Assembly: GCA_002189035.1 (NCBI GenBank)
Contig: CM007992.1
Span: forward strand, 3,100,001-3,164,000
Direction of reading: 5' to 3'
DNA from: Utricularia gibba
Lineage: Eukaryota; Plantae; Magnoliophyta
DNA: 64,000 nucleotides
This document shows, in pieces, positions 22,252-36,752 of this stretch. Each line of letters begins with the position of its first letter. The first letter of the stretch is position 1. The notes beneath the pieces are model-generated. The model saw nothing but the letters and a program-made list of their open reading frames with translations. It did not search any database and was not told the DNA's origin. The translations under genes and the position numbers were made by a program.

Positions 22252-23764
22252 ACGGCTGCAAGTAAGGAATTTGGCTGATGCTTTCTTCTACGCATGTGAA
22301 AGAAGACTGTGTGATTTCCCATCATCTCTCTACATTTTCTTCTGCTCAAAGGACCCTTTTACACATTGACTTATGTTTCTGCAAATAAACATTGAGACAA
22401 GGCTCTTGCGAGTATTATACAGCTCCCCAGTGTCATTGCAAGATCATTCAAACTTTTCAGATTTATGTAGAAGAGGATGAATGCACAAATTATGTCACTT
22501 TATTCAGTAAATCGGAGTAGTGTGGCTGTGGCAATAAAACGCCATGGCAAGAGCAGAGCCGTGTCCTCATTTCCACGCACAATTGAGGATCGGCATTCCA
22601 CCTCGCGACTTCTCTCTGCCCAGAGATTTCTTCACGAAGCTGATAACTTTTTGATAGTGGATTTTGCAGAAGCCCATTTCATTTAGTTTAGTGGAATCTG
22701 AGAAAAACCCATTGGGATTGCGATTGGATTCCAGGCTTTTGCATACCATTTGGTATGTGCAATGAATTAGAAGATTTACTGCGCTTTGTTTATTTCAACT
22801 GTGATAACCATTACTGATGTTCTGTTTCCTGGATTTGATTCCTTGATTTTAGGTTCAACCAGAACAAAGTAGGCTGGTGAGGAGGAACCACGAGGATAGG
22901 CTGTTTGTTCTGTTCCGTTCTGTCTTCTGTTTAGGCAAGTCACCATCATCTTACATTATCTTTACGGCTAAGGATCCTTGAATTCTCTTCACGGATTGCT
23001 TTCATTGCTCTCGTGTTGTTGCATTCATATCTCCACAGTCCCCATTTTTAACCTCTGTCATTCCCTATGACTAACAATCAGCAACAGTCTTTGAAACTGT
23101 TTTTTTTTTTTTTCAATACGCGGTTTATGGGGTTGCTCTGAGTTGTGAAAATAAATGATATTTCTGGAATGGATGGGCATGGAGGTCTGTGAAAGAGGGT
23201 GGTAAAGGGAAAAAAATGTTTAAAAATTTTTCTTCCCTACTGCAACAGGGATCTCTGAAGATAAATCCAGAGGTCTTTATGATTGAGGTTGTTGGTTGCC
23301 GCTTTGTGGGCATCAAAGTGGACGGATGCAGATCCACAGCCCATTTTCTTGCATTGAAGATACTGATTTTACTCGACACCTAATTCTCTCGCTTCTTAAA
23401 ATCTCTGATTCCAGCGATCCCGAGCCTGTTTCCTCCCTCCACTTTTTTCAATTCTTTAATTTATGACGTTTCCATCTATGAATACTTCGGTTGGAGAGAA
23501 AGTATGCACTTCCCTTCCCCCTCCCACTACCAAGGTTCTGTATTAAAACAGTCCCATCTTTCAAATTGAGAGCATGTGGATGGAGAACTAGAACCTTCAT
23601 TGGGGTGCAAAGGAAAATTTCTGGGTAATGTGAAGCCTAATTTTGAGCCTTATACTTCTCTCCTGTTCTGCTGTTTTCAGGAACATTGAAACATAATGCA
23701 TAACTTCTCTGCTTTTTTGTTGCAGTTGCAGGTGAGGAAGAAGCATTTGTAAGAAAAAAAAAAG

Positions 23765-26280
23765 ATGTTAACGTGCATTACTTGCTCCAAGCAAGAAGAT
23801 AGGGACGATGAAGACGCTCCTCGTGGGATTCCTGGAAGTAAAGACGCCGTCCAAAGCGTGACATCGCAGGTTCGAACTTGTCACTACAATCTTTTTTTTC
23901 CCTTCATTCTGGACAACAAAATCTCAACTCACAAAACACATCACTTGAGTTAAAATTTCTTTTAAATGTGACCCAATACTTGTCTTTTGCATCCCATTCC
24001 TCATCATTTTTTGGTTACCATCTCTTTTAGTGGCCTGTTTTTGAACTGATCCACAATGCCATTGCTCTTCTTCTCCAAAGATGGGGCGGGACCCCTCCAA
24101 TCATGGGACCCTGAAAATAAAATAAAATAGTGATCTTTGAATGATTTCTGCCACTTTGTTCTGTGATCTTGATTCACGGTAAGGCTATCTTATCATATCG
24201 TTGATCTGCATCTTGTCTTTAGGTTCACTGTAAGCTCTTCTTTTATTTCACCAACACAACCATGAAATGTAAATTTCAAAAAGGTGTTTGTACGGTAAAG
24301 GAACAAAGTCTGTAGTCGATATCACCAAATCCGTGAGTTGAGTCACACCCACCTCACTCCATAAAGAGCACATCTCTAGTAGCTTCATGTATTGCATGAA
24401 AGCGACGTGAAAAGCATCCCCATTTAAGTGGTATAAATGTCTTTCTTGTGACGCCAGCAAAGAGGAGAGCATAAGAAACCATAGCCTCCCATTTTCAGCG
24501 TTGGATTATGTGCCAGGAATCATAATCTTGGTCCCTACAACTGTGCTTTGGTCCCTTCTCTTTTCCTGATATCATATCTCACTTGTTCTTTATATGGGAA
24601 AATGTTAAGAATTTTTGGTAATTATCTTGATTGGAGTTATCTTCCCAAGATTCTGAGATGTGACAGATGAAGTAGAAACCGGAGATCCTCTAAACGCTGT
24701 TATGAGGCTCCTTTATTTTTGTCTAGCTTTATGGAGTTTGAAAATGGGAGACGATAGTTTTCAAGATACTTCAATAGTAGTGACTACTTTTACTTCCAAT
24801 GGGGCCAAATCTTCAACAAGGGTCTTTGACAGGACATCTCTCCATGTTGTATAATGCCCCAGTTAGATTTACTGATGTGCCTGTTGTTTCGTCAAGTCCT
24901 GGTAGCTTTCTTGCTTAGTAAACTGACTTAAAAGCAGGTACCTCCTGAGGACACCATGCATTAAGCCACTCTGTTGCTTTGAAAGGTGCCTGTGCTATCC
25001 ATGAGAGGTCTCATTAGATGATTTTGACCATTGATTTGAACTATTTACTGTTCTTACTACATTGGTTTTAGTGAATATCCAGTTTTTTTGGTTCGAATCA
25101 TCTCAGACTGATGAGTGTTTGGATTGGTTTGGAGGCAGATATTTAACTTCTTTTGCTAGGAGTAACATCCATGTAGTTTGTTCCATAAGACTAGTTAACA
25201 CGTTGGGGTCATGTCATGTCTTTAACAGATCAAGGGCATAGCTCGGAAGGTCTCAGGAGCGCACAGGGGAAAGCAGGGAGCAGAAGAAGCAAGATCGAAG
25301 GGATGGCAACGTTCCTATTCGCACTTTGATTCAATCACAGATGGCGTCCAACATCTGTATCTGCGATCAGGTAGCTCGGGTTCAACACCATCATGGGATT
25401 CTGATACCATCATTGGTCATCATCATGCTACTCCAAGACTCCCTGCATTCAGCAATGGCAAGCCCCCTCGTCCCCCTGAATCCGCCCCCTCGAGGTATAA
25501 TGATATGCTGCTAGCACATGAATCTGAACCTAGAGAATGGGTGGCTCAGGTGGAGCCTGGAGTGCATATCACCTTCGTGTCGCTTCCCCGTGGCGGGAAT
25601 GATCTCAGAAGAATCCGTTTCAGGTACTCAGCCCCACACCTTTGCTCATTTCAATTGGTTATAGTGATCAAGAACATGGTGTCCTTTGCTCTTACAGCCG
25701 GGAAATGTTCGATAAGTGGCGAGCGCAAAGATGGTGGGGCGAAAACTATGATCGGATCATGGAACTGTACAACGTCCAGAGATTCAATCATCAAGCTCTC
25801 AACACCCCCGGAAGATCCGAGGATGGAGTGAGTGCCCATCGGAAACTGTGTGTTCTCCTTGTAGAACAGGAAGTTGACAACAACACACTTGTTTTTGAAC
25901 GCAGAGGGACTCCAGTTTCTCAAGTTGCAGGATGGAGGGAAGCCCACAAGAATCCAATCCAGGCGCACGAACCACGACGTCTTCCAGAGACGAGGCATCA
26001 GCATCCACAAGCAATTCCGGCGAAGTCGAGACGGAGTGGACGGAGACAGATGAACCCGGGGTCTGTATCACCATCAGGCAACTCATGGACGGCACCAGAG
26101 AGCTCCGCCGTGTTAGGTTCAGGTAACAGCCGAAACCTCCAACCAATGACTGGACCAAAACACTCACCTGTGCCTTTGTTTCCCCTCCCCAGCCGCGACA
26201 TGTTCGGGGAAGCCCGGGCCAAGCTGTGGTGGGAGACAAACAGAGACCGCGTTCTGTCGCAGTATCTTTGCCAACCCTAG
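23765..26280 (+). CDS. BRXL: BREVIS RADIX-like protein; exons 23765-23869, 25229-25623, 25698-25827, 25905-26122, 26193-26280
   Basis: MLTCITCSK N-terminus; two BRX domains (EWVAQVEPGVHITFVSLPRGGNDLRRIRFSREMFDKWRAQRWWGENYDRIMELYNV; EWTETDEPGVCITIRQLMDGTRELRRVRFSRDMF). Confidence 0.93.
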
Positions 26281-27487
26281 CCGCCGGAGGCTGGAGCAGA
26301 AGCAGGCAGGATACTGGTCTCCGGGAACACGAAGCGAAGAACAATCATCGGCATTCATTGAACACACATCCGAGAAATATAAGTTAAAGTTAGGGAGTTT
26401 TTGTAATATTTGGTATTTTAAGTCCAAATTTTAAATTTCATGAAGTTTTTGTAAAATATTTTAATTTATATTTCTCATTTTTCGAGAAATAAAACAATAT
26501 TATTATCTGATATGTATATATTTTGAATATTTTTTATTTAATTTTCTATTTTAACCTCGTTTTAATGCTAAATATCATCATCTTTTTTAACAGTAGTCCC
26601 TTTTGGGATATACTTTATTTTTCAAACATTTAATATTTTTCTATGTAAAATATTTAAGAGTGTTTAATATTTTTTTTATCATTTAAATACTCATATAATA
26701 ATAATAATAATAATATATTTAATAAATTGGTTTAATTTTAAAAAAATTTACATAATTTTGTAATAATAAAATGTTATTGATATTGAAAATCACTTTTAAG
26801 ATGAGAGTTCCAAATCACAACATCTCAATTGTTATTGGGATTTTTTATGAATTAATATGATTATATTGAAATAAGATTCAAAACGATATATTATGAGAAA
26901 TATAATTATCATAATTTGGAAGATATCGTATTTCAAACCATGATAATTCACGTTACCTATAACACAATGTTTTAAATATATCACATCTCAAATCGTGATA
27001 ATTCACATTGCTTTTAGTATAATGTTTCGAAACTTGTTTCAAGACGATCACATTGATTTATGAAATGTTTTACAAAGCAACTACCAGCATTTCGAGTTGA
27101 TTATTTTAAAACTCATCTTTTAGATGGTAATTTTATCTTCTTACAATGTTAGGGATGTTTGATGCTGCTTTAAACATAAGATGTGATTTTTAACACTATA
27201 AATATTGAATTGGTAATAACATTAAACAACAAAAGGGTAATTACTGAAATAAACTTACAGCACATGTCGTGGATAATTTCTCACTCACAAATAATTATTG
27301 TTTTAATCAGCTTGCGTATATTCCACCCTCCCCATTTGAAAGAGACGCCATTTCTGTGTAGAACGAAGAAAGAATTCCTGTTCGGTGTTGTGTGGATTTC
27401 CCTTATTCTCGTGTCTTGAGCCATGAATGTTTGCTGTGTATCCCCTGCTTCTGCTGCAGCTCCTTCCCAAAAGCTTGCAACTTGGGC

Positions 27488-29755
27488 TCAGGGCGATGCC
27501 TGTTTGGAGGAGTACCAGAGCTTCTTCTGGCAAACCAGTATCTTCTCCTGTTTGACTCCGTACTCTGTGTCTTCCTTGCGACAACCCCATCTCATCCCCT
27601 TCAATGTCGATGCGATCGCGTCGATGAAGTAACTGGATTCGCGGATGATTGCGTATCCGTTCGGCCGGAGGATGCGGTCCATCTCTAGAAGAACGTACTT
27701 CATCTCGCACCTGCAGGGGAGAAGGCAAGTATTGCTGCAAGCTCTGTGGTTTAAATGGGAATGCAGTAGTATTAGTGGGTCGTCGTTACCTGTGGCTCTC
27801 CGCCGTGAACAGACCGTCGACGTGGAGAAGGTCATAGGTACGAGGGTAAGTCGAAAATGCCTCACACCTTCGCAGATGGGAAACTGTTAGCATTTCAACC
27901 AGGAAGAAGAAACTGATCGAGATGAGAGTTTTACCAGTCGTGGTATGTCCCGATGAGTCCCCTGTCGAAAACCACCGGAAGCGTGTTCTGGGAGTAGGAC
28001 GAAACGACGTTCATCACCCACAACGGTGAATCGACCAAGGCAGCGGCGAAGCCCCCGTAGAGAGTGTTCATGTCCATGACATTTCTTATCTTGTCTGTGC
28101 CTAATGCAGGGAGCAGCTTCTTGTAGTGCTTCATCCGTGTCTTCCATTTGCTGTCGTCGTGCTTGAAGGTACCACTGCTACCGCCGTGGACATCGGAGAT
28201 TCTCTCGGGAGTAGTGTGCAACCTCTCAGGCCATTTGGGGAGACTCTTGAGCGCCACTTGTTTATACTTCTGGTCGGCACCGACGATGCAGGGCCGGATC
28301 GGAGTGTACCAGGCGGAATCAGGCTCCGTGCCGTCATCACATTTTGGAGGGTACTGATCGGGGGACTGGAGCTGCTTGTAGCAACTGTTGTTGGACGACT
28401 TCTGCCAGACAGCAATATCGTCCTTCTTCTTGTATAGAGTGAAGCACATTGAGGTAAGCAACGCCTGCAACTTCTGGTAATCTGACTTCTGTTCTTGGAT
28501 TGTTGTATTCCATCCCTTCCAGCGATTCTCATAGTTCACCGGCGGCCCTGAGAGCGCCCAGAAACCACCGGGTCGGAGAATACGATGTATTTCCAAGAGA
28601 TAAATCCCACCTGAGACGAAAAGCAATGGAACCTGAGCAAAACGACTTCACCCAAAAAGCTCAAAAAGCTCACGAGCAAGATGGTCACCGAATTCAGTCC
28701 ATGGAATGAGGCATCTGGAGCAGTGTGCCATGTCAAATGAGTTAGAGGGAAAAGGAAGTCTCTGTGTTGAGATGATGCCCAGAATCGCAGGAATCCCACG
28801 CTCCAGAGCAAACTGAACTTGAGCCTCATGGTTATCTCTAGGTGCAAGAGAGAGCGTGAGGATCCCACGATCGAGTAAATCCCCACCCCAACTAGCAACC
28901 TGATCAGAAACAGTGACAGGGATGATCAGCTCTCTTCTTCCCACAACGCAAAACTATCTGAATTCAATGGCGTTCATCATGATCTCACCCCACATCCAGT
29001 ATCGATTGCAGTGCGAACAGTTCCATCCTTCATTTCTGGGATCACTTTTTGCATCAGATCAACATACTCACCGACACCATTGGGAAACATGGTGCCTCCC
29101 CCAGGGAAAAGGAACTTCTCTCCCTCTTTCTTGAGCCAGTGCTGGTTGGACTTCTGCTTGTTGATCCAGTCATATGGTACATTCCTGAGAAATTGACAGA
29201 TCTCAACAAGATCTGCAGATGATGCAGCTGAATGAGAGCTTCAGTGGATGCTGCATTACCTGTACCAGCATTCATCCCTGCTCTTAGGCCATCTGATAGG
29301 CGTCTTGTAGCCATTAGGTGGAGGAACAAGGCATTCCTTTCTCTCGAATGTTGGAGGGCAATGTCGCTCCATAAACGAAAGGCGATGGCTGCTATACTTC
29401 CTCCATCTCTGGAACAACAAAGGGAGTTGCTTTTCAAACACTGAAACTTCAGAAAATGCTAGAAATCTGAGCAGGTAATCAATTACCCTAGGATCAGTGC
29501 AAGGAGTGTAATCCTGGGAATCAGGACTGCACTCTGGAAAAGATACATTCTTGATTTGAAGAGGTTGAGCAGGAATTTTTGCAGCTTCAGGTGGAACTTC
29601 AATGATCCTAACAACCTTTGGAGGTAAATACCTGTCCTTCCCAGAACTAAAGATCCTACCCAGATAAAATGAGATCCCACACAACACGAAAAGCGTCATA
29701 ACCATTGGAAATTTCCTTGGACTATGAGAAACGGCCTTCCATCTTTCTGCTTCAT
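27488..29755 (-). CDS. PMT21: Putative SAM-dependent methyltransferase PMT20/21-like (DUF248); exons 29755(or 29705)-29487, 29408-29260, 29184-28989, 28899-28689, 28610-27935, 27867-27790, 27710-27488
   Basis: [72 protein letters not shown] motifs; the homologous ATG at 29755 is 1 nt out of frame. Confidence 0.92.
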
Positions 29756-31872
29756 GATGTGGAGATTCCTCTGTGATCTGAACATAACACAAACAAGAGA
29801 ACTTAAAAACACAATCACCCTGTGGAGAAAATGAAAAGAGGAGGATAATCACAGTTCAATAAGAGAACAGAAACTGGCTGATCTCCAACCCAGAAAACTA
29901 GAAGATAAGGTAGATCTACAAGCCAATCAAGTCTATTCAACCTGACTTTAAGATCTGCTGTCGCAGCAAGAAAATGCAGCAACTTCCTTAGAGAAAAAAT
30001 GCATTTACTTCAAAGAATGAAGAGCCTCAGAAATCAGGATCATGAAAATTCAATCCTCATAAAAAAATGAGCAGATCTGCTCAGACTGCCCCAAGAAACA
30101 GAGAAGTAAACATTCCCCAAGTGGGAAGGTCTTTACTGAAGTTGGGAACTCACACGCTACCCGAGAAACATAGTAAATACACTGAATTTAAAGCACCGAA
30201 AACCAGATCTGACACACAGAGAACAGATTTAACACATAGGGAGTACGAATACACATCGGACGATTCACGATCAGAACATCCAAAAACAGTAACCTGGTCA
30301 AGAACACACCAAATTTGCAAGCCTTCTTCACTCGCTCTCTCTGCTCATTCAAAGGAGCGAACTTTGAGGCAACCCATAAAATGAATCGAAAATGGAAGAG
30401 AAGAACAGGAACCCAGGCAACAGGAGAAGGACGAAACAAGAAGCTTTAAGCAGCTCACTTGCTTCTCACCATCACAAGGACAAAACACTGCTGCCGCTTC
30501 TACATATAAATCAAGTTACACCCCCAAAGCCAACGCTTCATTTTCTTACCGTTGCTTTACATTCTCCAACGGCGCTAGCTGTCTGTCTCTTCCAACTTCA
30601 ATGATTAATGACTTAATTAATCATTATTTCTTTAATTATTTTTTAAATCCAATTTGCAAAGGCTCAATCCTGCCTGATCTTACACTAAAAAATCCCAGCA
30701 TTATCCAGAAGCAGTTGCTTTGTTAATCCTGGTCTTAATTACTATCATTTTTTAAATATTTTTAGACACATACTATGTATGTAGTGAAACATGTAAAAAT
30801 CTAGTCAAAATATTAATAAAGAAATTTCAATGATTAGTGTCTACTTTCTTAATTTGTCCCATTCTAAAGAGGGAAAATGAAAAACATGTTTCACAATGAG
30901 ATTAATTATTCATAGATTAATTAATATGAATAATAGATTAAATAAAAACTTATCTGAACATTTAATTTATGATACTAAATATCAATTATACCAATTGCCT
31001 TCACCTATCATGATGTTTAGAGTTCAAAAAGAGCAAAACTATCACATGATGAGAAATGAAAGTTGTTGATATTGTATTTTGAGATAAAAATTGTTCACCA
31101 TTATAAAGTTATTAGGATCAAAATCGATTAGTTTTAATAATATGAAAGGTTTAATATATAATTTCATAAATTGTGAAGCAAACTCTTTATTAAAACAAAA
31201 TTGAAGGGGCTGAAATATAATTTTGAAAATTAAAGCTTATAATCTTTATATTGACTTTAATTAGAAATACCAACAAACTTCACCTATTATTTATTAGAAA
31301 ACAACTTTTCATATTCTATTAAAAAATATTTTTAAATGAATTTAAATATAGACTATAAATTATACAATTATGAATTAAATAATCTAAAATTTAAAGGGTT
31401 TTGTTAAATCTAAACCTGCTTTTCTCAACCATATTATTTTAATTAAATCCAAATAAATAAATCATTTATATTTTAAATCTGCGTATTGTCATAGAACTTA
31501 ATGCCACGTGGCAAGAATCCCTTAGCCGCACCACCACCGGCTTGTAAGAAAGGTTTGAAAAAGAAAAAGGAGAGAATTGATTAGGGCACATGGTAGTTGA
31601 GATGAGATCGGGCCGCCATTGAAGCAGGGAAGCTACGGACAAAAGGAACGTCGACGTTAGGGGCACACCACAAGTCTGCACATGGGATGCAGTAAAGATG
31701 CCATGAATTGTTAGCCCTTTAGCCTCTGCCGACACCGACCTTACCTTCATGTGATGACACTTCCTACATGGTTTGGTAATTCCTAGCTAATTCTATACTG
31801 CTTATTGCACTGTTTCATTACCGCTTCTTACCTTGAGAAGGATGCTACATCGCTTGTCTGTAGTGGGTTGCC

Positions 31873-34800
31873 TTAACCATTGAGGTCCCTCGGATGACCA
31901 GCAATCTCTCCTCCATCATGATGTGGTAAGTTTACTTGATGTGCAGTAGTATCTTGTACATCATTCTGTGGTAAAGTATTCTGCTGAACACCAATATCAT
32001 GTGCATCATTCTGTGGTAAGTTTACTTGATGTGCAGTAGTATCTTGTACATCATTCTGTGGTAAAGTATTCTGCTGAACACCAATATCATGTGCATCATT
32101 CTGTGGTAAGTTTCCTTGATGCGGGATAATATCTGGTGCGCCATTGTGTTGTAAGTTCCCCTGATGAGCATCAATTTCCTGTGCATTATTCTGTGGCAAG
32201 TTTCCATGATGCAGGATAATATCTGGTGCACCAATGTGTTGTAAGTTCCCCTGATGAGCATCAATTTCTTGTGTATCATTTTGTGGTAAGTTTCCATGAT
32301 GCAGGATAATACCTGGTGCACCATTGTGTTGTAAGTTGCCCTGATGAGCATCAATTTCTTGTGCATCATTCTGTGGCTCGTCTCGATGTTGATATTTGAG
32401 GATTACTGTGTGCAAAACAATAAAGAAAACAGCGGTTGCTCCTACAATTGCAAACAACCCCCAAAAGCTCTCGAGACCAAGGCTGCTGCTGGGATAGGGT
32501 GAGCTAGTTTGGCATACACGTGAATCCCCTAACCATTTGTTTGTTATTTGAAACATCAAGTCGCTCTCAGTCACATTCAATACTTTCTTTGAAATGTCAG
32601 AAACCAAAGGAGACCCAGTTGGAAACACCTGCAATCATGTTTTGTATAAGAAAAGGCAAGTAGAATGTGAAGTGGAAGCTTCCTTTAATCAAAGGGGAGG
32701 ACTTACAAAACCAAAGCCATCTGTTTTGTAGATGGGACCTATCATTGTGTATTGAGAACAGTATTCAGATAAAAAGAGGTTTAGATATGGAATCTCATCA
32801 AAGGCTGCTGCAATCTCTCCATTTCCACTTCCATTTGTGAATAAATCATGAAGCTCCTGTGGGCTGCTATATGGTAACATTCTGGATGGATCAAAGTTCA
32901 TGTTCAAAAGAAATCCCTTGATAAATGAGGGCTTTGGATAACCAACATATGCATTGGTCTGAAGAAGTGTCTTCACATCTTGAACCGAAGGTTGTAATTG
33001 TTGAATTGTTAAAAGTGAAGCTAAGCTAGCTGTATAACTTTGTGTCAGAATAAGAACAACAAAAAACCAGATGATCATAAGTATTCTTGCAAAGTTATTT
33101 TTCAGATTCTCCCCTACAAAAAAAAACATTAGAAAAAAATAAGAAAATGTCAAACACTCATTTCTTTAAAAGTGATGTCTATTCTGTATTTCAACTTACT
33201 TTGAGCAAATACCATAGTTGAAAAAGAGTACCACAATATCATTCCTATTTGGTGATGGAGTGTACCCCTAAATTCAGTTCCAGTCTCCTTGTGCTCAAGA
33301 ATCCAAATCACAACAGCAATAATTACAAAAGACCAAAAACTTGTTAGCCAAAGTTTCCATGTCAGTGGCTTCAGAAATACCCATGCTTTGTGATTATTTG
33401 GTACATATGGAACAACCATGGAAATGCCAGATTCTATATAGGGGAGTGAGAAATCAACAAATTGTGATCGATTTGCCATTATTGTGACATCACCAATTAA
33501 TGCATCATAATTCTGTACATTTTCCAAAAATAAATGAGTTTAGGATAACTTCAAATAAAAAATGTACATAAGTTGTGAAAGTACTTACTCCAAGATATAT
33601 TTGATGGACCATGTCATTATATGTACCAGCACTGCTTCGATCTTGTGTTACAAAAGGGATGTAATCATATGGTAAGCCATAGGATAATTCTGCTACCACT
33701 GTTTCAAAAACATCAATACTGAATCCTTGTACTTTTGTTGAATTATCCTCATTCCAAGTAACATAGACAAATTTAGAGACTCGATCTTGTACTGGGACCA
33801 AAATCCGAAGTTTTTTTTCATTTACAGGTAACACCCAACCTTTGGGTGGAGAGGTTCTATCACCAGGCCATATAATAGGTTTAAAGTTATCCTTTGAGTT
33901 GGAGCTTCGGATAGTGGAATTGACTTCTGTGACAATCCCATATTGTTCAATCCAATATCCCACTTCTCTAGCTCTTGAACCAACCACATTAAGCACCTCG
34001 TAAGGTGGAGACTGAAGTTGTTGATTAAACAGTTTAAAGGTTCCTGCTAAGCCTTGAAATGTTGTATTAGATAATGCATGAATAAGATTTAGCCCCATAT
34101 CAGACACCCCAAAGCTTTCAAGATCAGTTGGGATACTTGAAGCATTTGGAATTAAGAAAGTGGCAGTTCCAAAAGATCTGGATGCACTTTCTACTGCCAT
34201 GGCTAGTGCAGTTATTGTATCATATGCCCATAGTCCGAAAATCGTGAGCTCTGAGATTCCATTGTTCAACAAAAGCTGCTTTTTGTAATGCTTTTGAAAT
34301 TGCTTAAGCTTTACTGTTTTTTGCACATGAGGCCTTACTCCTAAGGCTCCTTCCATAGATTTCAAGATACTTGGATTCAAAGAATCAAGTTCATTTGCCA
34401 TTGCATTTGTAATAATCCATGCATAATCCTTGCTCATCATCCCAAGTTCCTTAGCCTTCATGAAAAAGCGAGATCCAAGAGACTTCACCATATGAACAAT
34501 AAAAACTCTCGTATGCATAGACATTAGCTTATAAAGCTCAGCACTAATCTGCTCATCAGTGGCTGATGAGGGAATTGCGCTTCTGTAAGGAATACGCACA
34601 TATTTTTGTTCCAAGGCATCACTTAAAGAAGAAAGAATTCCTTGTCCAAACTCATCATCAGCATAAATCAATGTAACTTCCCTCCATCCAAAAGCTTCAA
34701 CTATTGCACTTATAGCATCTACTTGAGAGGAGTCACTCAGAGTAGTTCTAAAAAAGTATGGACTTTTAATTGATGCGAGCGATGGACTTGTAGCAGTAAA

Positions 34801-35312
34801 TGTGATGATGGGTACATGTGCCTTATCTCCAAGATGTATCACGAAATATGCATCCATTGATGTCAATGGACCAATAATCGCCTCAACTTGAACATTTTTA
34901 AACAAGTCTATAACTGTATCATAAAATCAAACATAGCATCCGCTTAAGTCAAAGGCTTTTCACCTGTTTTTTTCATATGAGTTTCAGAAAAAAGATGATG
35001 AAAACCTGTTGCAGCTGCAGAGATGACACCTTCAGAGTCCCTTGTGATAAGAACTAACCTTGTCTGATATTCTTGGTTGGCAGCATAGAAGTCTGCTAAA
35101 GCTATTCTCATGGAAGTCATGCTCATCTTCCCGACATCTGTATTCATGTCGAGCACAACTCCAACCTTCACCGGAACCACCTTCGATGTACTACCGATGA
35201 AGAAATATAACATGGGAATTAGATACAGGAGATGGTAGGCAGAAGGGCAGGATGCGGATTTCAAGTGCATGAAGAACATCATTCGACCTGAACAACTCTT
35301 TCGATTAAACAT
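31873..35312 (-). CDS. GLR2: Glutamate receptor-like channel, clade 2 (GLR-A), ~1035 aa; exons 35312-35006, 34913-33589, 33512-33200, 33113-32707, 32628-31873
   Basis: VGVVLDM, VEAIIGPLTSM, GFSIDVF, GDVTIMANRS, WYSFSTMVFAQ, SYTASLASLLT, FDEIPY, GFGF; spliced length 3108 nt is in frame. Confidence 0.94.
31897..32376 (-). repeat. 45-bp (15-aa) coding repeat with 90-bp higher order in the GLR-A C-terminal tail
   Basis: Ten full monomers such as HQGNLQHNGAPDIIL / HHGNLPQNDAQEIDA / QQNTLPQNDVQDTTA plus one partial. Confidence 0.92.
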
Positions 35313-36407
35313 TTGCTATAGCATGGAGGAAATGCACCTATTAATAGGAGCTCAATGTGCTATACGCATCATACCCTCTAGTTGACTTTTGAGCATTCAA
35401 CACATTTGTTGACAAAGTAAATGATGTAAGATGATATTGACTTGACAAACATGAGATAACAAGTTTCATTGACTAATAAAATAAAAATCTACTTTTGAAA
35501 GGCAACCATCCCACATGATCTTGCACACATAAAAACAATACATTAACATTAGGGATGATCATTTTTCAAAATCATTCTAAAATAAAATTGTATAAAGTTA
35601 TTAAAAAGAAGGAAATTGTGTCTTTATAACTAAATATTTTTTTAATAACAATCATAGATTGTTCAATAAAAAATTATTTTAAAGAAGAAAAAAGAACACC
35701 CATCCAAATTGTGTATGTTATATTTAAATAAATTATTAAATTCATGGATAAGGTTTCCAACTGCACCATGCGTTCATCTTGTGTCTCTCTCCCTTACTAA
35801 TGATTTGTTATTAAATAATCCTTTAATCATTTGATTTTCCTTTATTAGATATGCATTTTGTTATTTTATTAAACTAAAATTGATTTAAATTTGTACTTAG
35901 TTTAGAAACTATGGTTTATCAAAAAGTAAAGGAGAAAAATATCTTTTATATAATATTAGAAATTCATTTCTTATATTATGATATGTTTTTAAAATTGTAT
36001 GATACCGACTTATTTTACTTATCATTCCTATTTTCTAATCTAATTAGTGAATTTGGATGGTAAGACCAATAAAATAGGATATTAAATTAAAAAGGGGTTA
36101 AACAGATCATTTACTTTACTTTTAACAAAAAACAGAATTTTAAAATATGTAATTTAACATCTAAAACATATAACTATAAATGATACATGTAGACCAATGC
36201 CTGATTCTTGGACACAACTTGTCATATCATGCACATTGATGTCCCTATGATGAGCAGCAATCTATTGCATATCATAATGCAATAAGTTACTTATGACTAT
36301 CATTTCCCTTGATGAGCACCTATCCTTTCTGCATGATTCTTTAGTATATTCCACATTTGCTGTGCTGCTTCTACTTCCATGCTTGAATCTTGGATGCTTC
36401 TGTATTA

Positions 36408-36731
36408 AGCATTGCTCTGAAAATTTTTTTAATGCAGTTCTTACTTTTGAAAAAATATAAAGTAGAAATAATTTTTTTTTATAATAAATAGAAATAAAAA
36501 TAATGTATTTTGAAAAAATTGTAGAAACAGAAATATTTTCGAAAAATTTAAGGAAAAAATAGAAATGAGAAGTAGAAGTATTTTCTTATTTCTACTTTTA
36601 ACTCATTTTTTTCTATATCCAAAATTATTTTTATCAAAAATAGAAATAAAAATAGGAATTGTTCTATGTAAAATTATTTTCAGTAAAAATAAAAGTAGAA
36701 ACAGTACTCAAAAATTTTCTAAAACACACCT
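36408..36731. mobile_element. Tourist/PIF-Harbinger-like MITE in the GLR-B 3' UTR
   Basis: TTA TSD (36405-36407, 36732-36734); imperfect ~40-bp TIRs (right-end revcomp aggtgtgttttagaaaattttt); empty site gtattaatctc in the GLR-C paralog (~42215). Confidence 0.82.
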
Positions 36732-36752
36732 TTAATCTCATGTGCATCATGT

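Noticed and set aside
20684-29755. Biosynthetic gene cluster (UGT + methyltransferase, with nearby transporters, LACS and ACBP)
   Set aside because: PMT/DUF248 proteins are Golgi cell-wall-type methyltransferases, there is no scaffold enzyme (TPS, OSC, PKS) or P450, and the neighbours are unrelated housekeeping genes
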